Source: an uncultured Gammaproteobacteria bacterium
GTDB taxonomy: Bacteria; Pseudomonadota; Gammaproteobacteria; UBA9214
Assembly (NCBI GenBank): GCA_963827755.1
Contig: CAWHCQ010000040.1
Coordinates: 1-64,000, forward strand
Direction: 5' to 3'
Length of the DNA stretch: 64,000 nucleotides
Made by a program: the position numbers and the translations under genes. Shown here one piece after another: positions 56,684-64,000 of the stretch. A model generated the notes under the pieces. The model worked only from the letters and a program-made list of their open reading frames with translations, was not told the DNA's origin and searched no databases. Each line of letters opens with the position of its first letter. Positions within the stretch are counted from its first letter, which is position 1.

Positions 56684-57328
56684 ATGAAAGACTACCAGCA
56701 CGAATTTATCGACTTCGCCATTAATGCCGGCGTGCTGCGCTTTGGCGATTTCACCCTGAAATCCGGGCGCACCAGCCCGTATTTCTTCAATGCAGGACTG
56801 TTCAATGATGGTGAACAGCTGGCGCGCCTGGGGCGTTTCTACGCACAGGCCATTACCGACAGCAAGACGGGGTTTGACGTGCTCTTTGGTCCGGCCTACA
56901 AGGGTATCCCGCTGGCAGCGGCAACCAGCATTGCGCTGGCCGACCATCACCGGCGGAACGTACCCTGGTGTTTTAATCGCAAGGAGGCCAAGGACCACGG
57001 CGAAGGCGGCAACCTGGTCGGTGCCGGCCTGAACGGCCGGGTACTCATCATCGATGATGTCATCACCGCCGGCACTGCGATTCGCGAAGCCCTCGAAATT
57101 ATTCACAGCGCCGGGGCAACCCCGGCCGGCGTGGTGATCGCACTCGACCGCCAGGAAAGGGGGCAAGGCAGGACTTCAGCCATCCAGGAGGTCGAAGCGA
57201 CCCTGAAGATCCCGGTCACCAGCATTATCAAGCTGGAACACCTGCTGGAATACCTGCAGGACCAGCCCGCACGCGGAAAGGACGTTGCAAGGATACAGGC
57301 CTACCGGGAAGAGTACGGTGTGTCCTGA
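56684..57328 (+). CDS. pyrE: Orotate phosphoribosyltransferase
   Basis: [26 protein letters not shown] and [10 protein letters not shown] motifs. Confidence 0.96.
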   Translation: MKDYQHEFIDFAINAGVLRFGDFTLKSGRTSPYFFNAGLFNDGEQLARLGRFYAQAITDSKTGFDVLFGPAYKGIPLAAATSIALADHHRRNVPWCFNRKEAKDHGEGGNLVGAGLNGRVLIIDDVITAGTAIREALEIIHSAGATPAGVVIALDRQERGQGRTSAIQEVEATLKIPVTSIIKLEHLLEYLQDQPARGKDVARIQAYREEYGVS

Positions 57329-57334
57329 CGGCAC

Positions 57335-58090
57335 TCAGCCGAGTATTAATTTGATGCCGACCAGCAGGGTGACGATTTCAAAGCCACGCTTGATCCAGCG
57401 GTTGCCCGACTTGATGGCCATGTGCGCACCCAGGTAGCCGCCAAGCAGGGAACCGGCCAGCAGGACCGGTAACCAGTCCCAGCGGATTTCGGTGAGTATT
57501 CCAAGTGTTAATGCCCCGCTGGCGTTCCAGAACAGGCCGACAAGGATCAGTGTGTAGGCAATCGCCCGGCGATAGTCCAGCCCAAACCAGCGCACCAGCC
57601 AGAGGGTGACGAACAGCCCGGTGCCAGAGGTCAGCGAACCGTTCAGGACGCCGATCCCGAACAGCACCAGCCCGCCAACCAGCACGCCCGTACGATCACG
57701 GTGGACCGGCACCACGATTTGCCCCAAACCCGGGTTGAGCATGGAATAAACCCCCAATCCCGCCGTCAGGATACCCAGGCTCATTTCCGCGCCGCGTTCA
57801 GGTACACTGAGAATGATATTTGCGCCAAGCACCACCCCGGGCAGGCCAAAGGCCAGGATATAGCTAACCAGGCGGCGTTCCAGCCTTTCTTCTCTCAAGT
57901 GCCTGATTGTCGCGCCGATACCTAAGGCAACACTGGCGACTTTATGTGTTCCCAGGGCCACACCAAAAGGCAGTCCGAGAAAGATGAGGGCCGGAAGCTG
58001 GATCAGGCCGGCTCCACCGCCTGAAAATGCGGAGAACAGATTGGCCACCAGGGAAATCAGGAAAAGAGAAAATTGCTCAAGTGCGTTCAC
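57335..58090 (-). CDS. TauE/SafE (TSUP) family membrane protein
   Basis: SGGGAGLIQLP, ALGTHK and GGYLGA motifs; about eight TM segments. Confidence 0.85.
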   Translation of the reverse strand: MNALEQFSLFLISLVANLFSAFSGGGAGLIQLPALIFLGLPFGVALGTHKVASVALGIGATIRHLREERLERRLVSYILAFGLPGVVLGANIILSVPERGAEMSLGILTAGLGVYSMLNPGLGQIVVPVHRDRTGVLVGGLVLFGIGVLNGSLTSGTGLFVTLWLVRWFGLDYRRAIAYTLILVGLFWNASGALTLGILTEIRWDWLPVLLAGSLLGGYLGAHMAIKSGNRWIKRGFEIVTLLVGIKLILG

Positions 58091-58170
58091 AGTTGTTCCC
58101 GGTTCGCGCTAGTATTGGCCGAGGAAGTCATGACTCAGGATACCGCCTACACTCCGGTAATAGTTAGCTG

Positions 58171-58800
58171 ATGAAATTTGCTTCGATAACTGTTTTTTCG
58201 ACCCTGCTGGCCTGGGGCCTTTTATACGGCCCGGTGGCTGGTGCCTTTGTCTATAAATGGGTCGATGACCAGGGCGAGGTCCATTACAGTGACAGCGTAC
58301 CTCCTGAATACTCTGACAAGGAGCGCAAAAAAATCAACGAACAGGGCAGGACCGTCAAGGTGCTCGAAGCCGCCAAGACCCCTGAGGAAGTTGCCGAAGA
58401 GAATCGCCTGGAGGCCCTCAGGCTGGAGCAACTGCAGCAGGCCGAAGACCGGGCAAGGAAAGACAACGTCCTGCTGGCAACCTATTCCAGTGAAGATGAT
58501 TTACTGAAGACACGGGACGGCAGACTGGCGTCACTGGAAGGCCTGATACAATTGACCCACAGACGCATCAGGTCCATGAACCATCGCATCAAACAACTCA
58601 CGGAAGATGCCGCAGACTTCGAGCGCAGCGGAAAGCCGGTTCCCGAAATGCTCTCTCGCCAGATTGAAAATATCCGCTCCCAGACTATCGAGAACGAGTC
58701 CTTTATACTGGTTAAAAAGGCTGAACAGGCGGAAATCGAAAAAGAGTTCGAGGAAGATATTAAACGTTTCCGTGCCTTGAAAAAAGAAAATCAGGAATAA
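58171..58800 (+). CDS. DUF4124 domain-containing exported protein
   Basis: Signal peptide, then VYKWVDDQGEVHYSDSVPP and a coiled-coil C-terminus. Confidence 0.85.
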   Translation: MKFASITVFSTLLAWGLLYGPVAGAFVYKWVDDQGEVHYSDSVPPEYSDKERKKINEQGRTVKVLEAAKTPEEVAEENRLEALRLEQLQQAEDRARKDNVLLATYSSEDDLLKTRDGRLASLEGLIQLTHRRIRSMNHRIKQLTEDAADFERSGKPVPEMLSRQIENIRSQTIENESFILVKKAEQAEIEKEFEEDIKRFRALKKENQE

Positions 58801-58803
58801 TAT

Positions 58804-59730
<927 letters not shown>

Positions 59731-59806
59731 TCAGGTTCCTGCAGAGTGTACGCGGGAAAAAGGTGAACTAACAAGTGATCCGGGTTTTTTAAAAATCCCG
59801 GTAATT

Positions 59807-62473
59807 CTAGAACGGCAAATCGAGACCGGTGTCAACCTGCTGAATGACGCGCCTGAATTCACCCATGATGCGCATCAGGGCCGCATCATTGTCGGCCTCG
59901 AATCGCAACACCAGTACCGGCGTTGTATTGGATGCACGGATCAGGCCCCAACCATCATCAAAATCAGCACGCAACCCATCGATCGTGGAGACCGTGGCAT
60001 CACCAAAATGTGCCGTCTCCAGCAGCTTGTTCATAAACACCGGCGGTTCACCTTCCTGCATCTGCACATTCAGTTCAGGCGTGTTGATGCTGTCCGGCAG
60101 GCCGGCAAATACTTCAGCAGAGGGACGCTTGTCCTTGCCCAGTATTTCCAGCAGGCGTGCGCCCGCATAGAGGGCATCATCAAAACCAAACCAGCGTTCA
60201 CTGATAAAGATATGGCCACTCATCTCACCCGCCAGCAGTGCGCCGGTTTCCTTGATCTTTGCCTTGATAAAGGAGTGCCCGGTCTTCCACATCAGTGGCT
60301 TGCCGCCGTGCTCACGTATCATCTTGTCGAGATGGCGGGTACATTTAACATCGTAGATGATCTGGGCGCCGGGATTCCGCGTGAGGATATCCAGGGCATA
60401 CAGCATGAGGACACGGTCCGGCCAGATAATATCGCCCCCGGAGGAAACCACCCCGAGACGATCGCCATCACCGTCAAAGGCGAGGCCAAGATCCGCCTGG
60501 TTCGCGGCAACCGCCTTGATCAGGTCCTTCAGGTTCTCGGGCTTGCTCGGATCCGGGTGGTGGTTCGGGAAGTTGCCATCCACCTCACAGAAAAGTTCGA
60601 TCACCGTGCAGCCAAGCTTTTTCAGCAGTTGCGGTAGAACACCGCCCGCAACCCCGTTGCCGCAGTCAACCACCACCTTGAGTGGCCTGGAAACAGCCAC
60701 GTCTTTGCAAATACGTTCGATATAAGCGGGAACGATATCACGCGCATTCACCCGGCCCTGGCCGGAAATGAAGTTTTTCGCCTCGATACGCTCGCGTAAC
60801 TGCTGGATGGACTGACCCGAGAGGGTCTCACCATCAATCATTATTTTCAGACCATTGTAATCCGGTGGATTGTGACTGCCGGTCACGATAACACCGCTAT
60901 GGGTATCCAGGCTGTGCGTTGCAAAGTACAGGACCGGCGTGGGTACGCAACCGACATCCGTCACATTACAGCCCGTACTTGTAATACCTTCTGTCAGGGC
61001 CTCGGCAAGCTTGCGGCCCGACAAGCGGCCATCACGACCAACAACGATCGTATCCCGCCCCCGCTGCAGGGCTTCACTGCCAATGGCCCGGCCGATCAGT
61101 TTGACAGCCGCGACCGTCAGCGTCTGATCGACGATTCCACGAATGTCATAGGCCCTGAATATTGACGCATCAATACCGGTGTTTTCGTGGGTAGCGGGTG
61201 TATTATCCAGCGGAACTTCCTCCACAATCAGATTATCACTCGGTATGGCGGAATCATATTTTGCCGCCACCCCTTCTTTCATATCCGGCACCCTGGTTTC
61301 TTCTTCGGCGGGCCATTCCTGCGAGGCTGCCCGGGTGTCATTCGCTGCATCCCTTTCCCGAGGTGCAGCGTTGCCCGACTTATGGACAATTCCGCCGCCG
61401 GCAAGCTGGGTCATGAACTCGATCGAGGCACGCATCTCGACCAGGCCAACGGGGTATTCACGCCGCACGCGCCCGTCGCGGTAATCCTTGATCAGGGTTG
61501 CCATGCTGGCCTGATCCAGGCGCAGCGCGGCATTGAGCCGGCGAAACAATACCATGATCAGGGCAATAATAGCCGTCGCCGATGACAGAAATGCAGCCAG
61601 CACCCAGATACTCAGGCTGTCCAGGTACATCAGGCTGCTCATGGCCGGCCAGTAGGCAACCTGCCAGCGGCTGTCCCCGATCTTCAAGACCCGTTCTGCA
61701 GCGCCACTATTGAGGGCCGCGTCACCTGAAGATGCAACCTTTATCTGCGAACCCTGGACACCGGACTGCTGCAACTCGATATAGCCATTGAGCTCCGGCA
61801 GATTATCGAGGATATCCTGTAAAATGTTATTCGCTAACGACAGCATGATATGCCCGACGACACCGCTTCCCGCCGGGTCCATTACCCGGCGCACAATATT
61901 CACATGCTGCTGCGGTGAATTCACCAGGTGAACCTCGATCGGCGGCACCTTTTTACCCTGTTCTGCGGCACGAAGCTGGGTCAGCGCCGCATAACTGAGC
62001 GGCGGTGAAGCCTGCAAGTCGATCGTCTCGATACCCGGCAGCAACAGGCGCAAATTAATCGCATCCGGGTAAGCGTAACGCAGTGATTCTTCTCTTGCCT
62101 GTAATGCGCCCCGGGTGCCACTCATGAGCAATTCGGCAAGGCCGGGGTCTTTGGCCAGCATCGATACACTTGCGCCATAGTGATCCACCACAGCAGAGAC
62201 GCGCGCTGCCACCTGTTCCGTAACCAGGCTGGCTTCATTTTCAATTGCGCGCGTAATCGTCCCGGACATCAGCTGGAAACAGAACGCGGCAAGCACACCC
62301 AGTAATAACACGGCCGCAAGCAGGAGTTGCATGCGGACCCTGGCAAGGCTGGCGGTCTTGCTGCCACCCGCCAGTTGCGGTAGCGGCGTTGAGGCCGGTG
62401 TGCCGTCTTCTTTCTTCCTGCCCCTGAAGAAGCCAGGAAGTATAGATTTGCTTGTAATATCAGCTACGCCCAT
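59807..62473 (-). CDS. algC: Phosphomannomutase/phosphoglucomutase with an N-terminal two-TM periplasmic extension
   Basis: C-terminal IFRAYDIRG, TGSHNP, FDGDGDR, GEMSGH and RASNT; the first ~430 aa hold two TM helices and a periplasmic domain. Confidence 0.9.
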   Translation of the reverse strand: MGVADITSKSILPGFFRGRKKEDGTPASTPLPQLAGGSKTASLARVRMQLLLAAVLLLGVLAAFCFQLMSGTITRAIENEASLVTEQVAARVSAVVDHYGASVSMLAKDPGLAELLMSGTRGALQAREESLRYAYPDAINLRLLLPGIETIDLQASPPLSYAALTQLRAAEQGKKVPPIEVHLVNSPQQHVNIVRRVMDPAGSGVVGHIMLSLANNILQDILDNLPELNGYIELQQSGVQGSQIKVASSGDAALNSGAAERVLKIGDSRWQVAYWPAMSSLMYLDSLSIWVLAAFLSSATAIIALIMVLFRRLNAALRLDQASMATLIKDYRDGRVRREYPVGLVEMRASIEFMTQLAGGGIVHKSGNAAPRERDAANDTRAASQEWPAEEETRVPDMKEGVAAKYDSAIPSDNLIVEEVPLDNTPATHENTGIDASIFRAYDIRGIVDQTLTVAAVKLIGRAIGSEALQRGRDTIVVGRDGRLSGRKLAEALTEGITSTGCNVTDVGCVPTPVLYFATHSLDTHSGVIVTGSHNPPDYNGLKIMIDGETLSGQSIQQLRERIEAKNFISGQGRVNARDIVPAYIERICKDVAVSRPLKVVVDCGNGVAGGVLPQLLKKLGCTVIELFCEVDGNFPNHHPDPSKPENLKDLIKAVAANQADLGLAFDGDGDRLGVVSSGGDIIWPDRVLMLYALDILTRNPGAQIIYDVKCTRHLDKMIREHGGKPLMWKTGHSFIKAKIKETGALLAGEMSGHIFISERWFGFDDALYAGARLLEILGKDKRPSAEVFAGLPDSINTPELNVQMQEGEPPVFMNKLLETAHFGDATVSTIDGLRADFDDGWGLIRASNTTPVLVLRFEADNDAALMRIMGEFRRVIQQVDTGLDLPF

Positions 62474-62515
62474 AGTCCGCCATTCCAGTTGAATGATTAG
62501 TTACCTGTAAGGCAG

Positions 62516-62542
62516 CTATCGGCAGGCCTGTATATATCATTA
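62516..62542 (-). promoter_or_regulatory. sigma28-type promoter candidate for long-form algC
   Basis: TAAT-N15-GCCGATAG on the minus strand, ending 42 nt before the ATG. Confidence 0.5.
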
Positions 62543-62709
62543 AGTGTGAAAATCCCCGGGAACGGGAACATCCTGGCGGGCATTTCAGGGAACATTCAAG
62601 ACCCGCTTCACGGAATCACGTCAAAGGCCCTGTTTTTTTATAATAATCTATTAAAAACAATCAGATATGAATTATTCAGGGCAGCCTGGAGTATGAACAG
62701 GCCTGCGGG

Positions 62710-63165
62710 CTAACCACGGCCCGTGTGACCAAAGCCGCCGGCGCCGCGCTTGCTGGCGACAAACTCTTCAACAATCTCAAAATCCGCGTGCACCACGGGG
62801 ACAATGACCATCTGCGCAATACGTTCGCCGGGCTCGACCGTGAAGGACTTGTCGCCACGGTTCCAGCAGGATACAAACACCTGCCCCTGGTAATCCGAAT
62901 CGATCAAACCCACCAGGTTGCCGAGCACGATTCCGTGCTTGTGTCCCAGCCCGGAACGCGGCAACAGGATGGCTGCCAGGCCCGGGTCCTCGACATGAAT
63001 GGCCATACCGGTCGGTATCAGGTGTGTTTCACCGGGAGCCATTTCCAGCGCCTCGTCAACACAGGCGCGCAAGTCCATCCCGGCAGATCCGTCAGTGGCA
63101 TAGTGTGGTAACGGGAATTCCCCGCCAAGGCGCGGATCAAGGATCTTAAGCTGAATCTTTTGCAT
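62710..63165 (-). CDS. dut: dUTP diphosphatase
   Basis: [24 protein letters not shown] and [10 protein letters not shown] motifs. Confidence 0.96.
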   Translation of the reverse strand: MQKIQLKILDPRLGGEFPLPHYATDGSAGMDLRACVDEALEMAPGETHLIPTGMAIHVEDPGLAAILLPRSGLGHKHGIVLGNLVGLIDSDYQGQVFVSCWNRGDKSFTVEPGERIAQMVIVPVVHADFEIVEEFVASKRGAGGFGHTGRG

Positions 63166-64000
63166 GGGACTCCGTAATATCGACGACATTGCCGTGCCTG
63201 CGACTGCCTGACAGGCGCCCGGCAATCACTTCAATCAATTGTCTTGCCAGCTTGTTTTTGCCGGTACGGGCAAGCGTGACGGAACCGCCCTTCCAGTACA
63301 CCTGCAGGGCATTTTCTTCCTGATCAAAGCCGAGCTGCGGACCCACCTCGTTGGCCGCAATCATATCGACGCCCTTGGCTTCCAGCTTGCCCCGGGCATT
63401 CGCTTCCAGGGCCTCGGTCTCGGCGGCAAAACCGACCGTGAACGGACCATTGGGGAGCGCGGCCACGGCCGCCAGGATATCCGGATTACGCGCTAATTCC
63501 AGGGTCATTGTATCCCCGGACTTCTTGAGCTTCTGCCCCGCCACCCGAATGGGCCGGTAATCGGCAACCGCTGCCACAGCGATAAAAACATCATTGCCTG
63601 CGGCCTGTTCGATGACGCATTCATGCATCGCCAGGGCCGTCTCCACATCGATGCGTTGCACATGCGGCGGCGTCTCCAGGCCTGCCGGGCCGCTGACCAG
63701 CGTGACCTGCGCCCCGGCCTCGGCGGCAGCGGCGGCAATCGCAAAGCCCATGCGCCCTGAACTGCGGTTGCTGATATAACGCACCGGGTCGATCGGCTCA
63801 CGCGTCGGCCCCGCCGTTACCAGCACCCTTGTGCCTGCCAACACCCCGCTGTGGAGCATGCCGGACAGTGCACTGACCAGCGCATCCACCTCGAGCAGGC
63901 GACCCGGGCCGGTTTCACCGCAGGCCTGCAGGCCGTCTGCCGGGCCCAGCAGGCGCACACCCCGATCCTGCAAGGTGGCGACATTGGCCTGCGTGGCAGG
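63146..64000 (-). CDS. coaBC: Bifunctional phosphopantothenoylcysteine decarboxylase/ligase, 5'-truncated by the window edge
   Basis: [37 protein letters not shown] and GFAAET motifs. Confidence 0.94.
   Translation of the reverse strand, partial: PATQANVATLQDRGVRLLGPADGLQACGETGPGRLLEVDALVSALSGMLHSGVLAGTRVLVTAGPTREPIDPVRYISNRSSGRMGFAIAAAAAEAGAQVTLVSGPAGLETPPHVQRIDVETALAMHECVIEQAAGNDVFIAVAAVADYRPIRVAGQKLKKSGDTMTLELARNPDILAAVAALPNGPFTVGFAAETEALEANARGKLEAKGVDMIAANEVGPQLGFDQEENALQVYWKGGSVTLARTGKNKLARQLIEVIAGRLSGSRRHGNVVDITESHAKDSA

Noticed and set aside
58109-58140. GCCAATAC before the TauE gene as a sigma28 -10
   Set aside because: The -35 position reads CTGA; more likely a sigma70 -10 or chance. 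This also lowers confidence in the similar pilG site.

Overview
GC-rich gammaproteobacterial chromosome segment, mostly core genes in Pseudomonas/Chromatiales-like order. It contains srkA; a tkt-gap-pgk-pyk-fba operon (cbb-type fba); metK-ahcY-metF-rsmE; a reduced Pil-Chp chemosensory cluster (pilG-pilI-pilJ-chpA-chpC); gshB-apbE; tonB-algH-ruvX-pyrRBC'K; pilTU; proC-yggT; ampG; xth/pyrE; argB; a long-form algC; dut; and coaBC. There are two accessory blocks: 1.4-9.9 kb (4-His membrane protein, micro-lipoprotein ORF, LolA-like/ABC/beta-barrel operon, PAS-GGDEF-EAL protein) and 34.4-42.4 kb (M48 peptidase, PFOR plus DsrL/GltD-like flavoprotein, pgm). Many genes, including housekeeping ones, carry 1-nt frameshifts that look like long-read assembly errors. 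No rRNA, tRNA, CRISPR array or transposase was seen. The best leads are non-coding or very small: (i) a 47-49 bp two-hairpin cassette with GGA loops and compensatory base changes, inserted three times inside unrelated REP-like palindromes; (ii) five sigma28-type promoters in front of type IV pilus, c-di-GMP and algC genes; (iii) a 31-codon ORF that would mature to a lipidated tetrapeptide; (iv) a terminator-containing structured leader before the tkt operon. All calls come from reading the sequence by eye; no searches were run.
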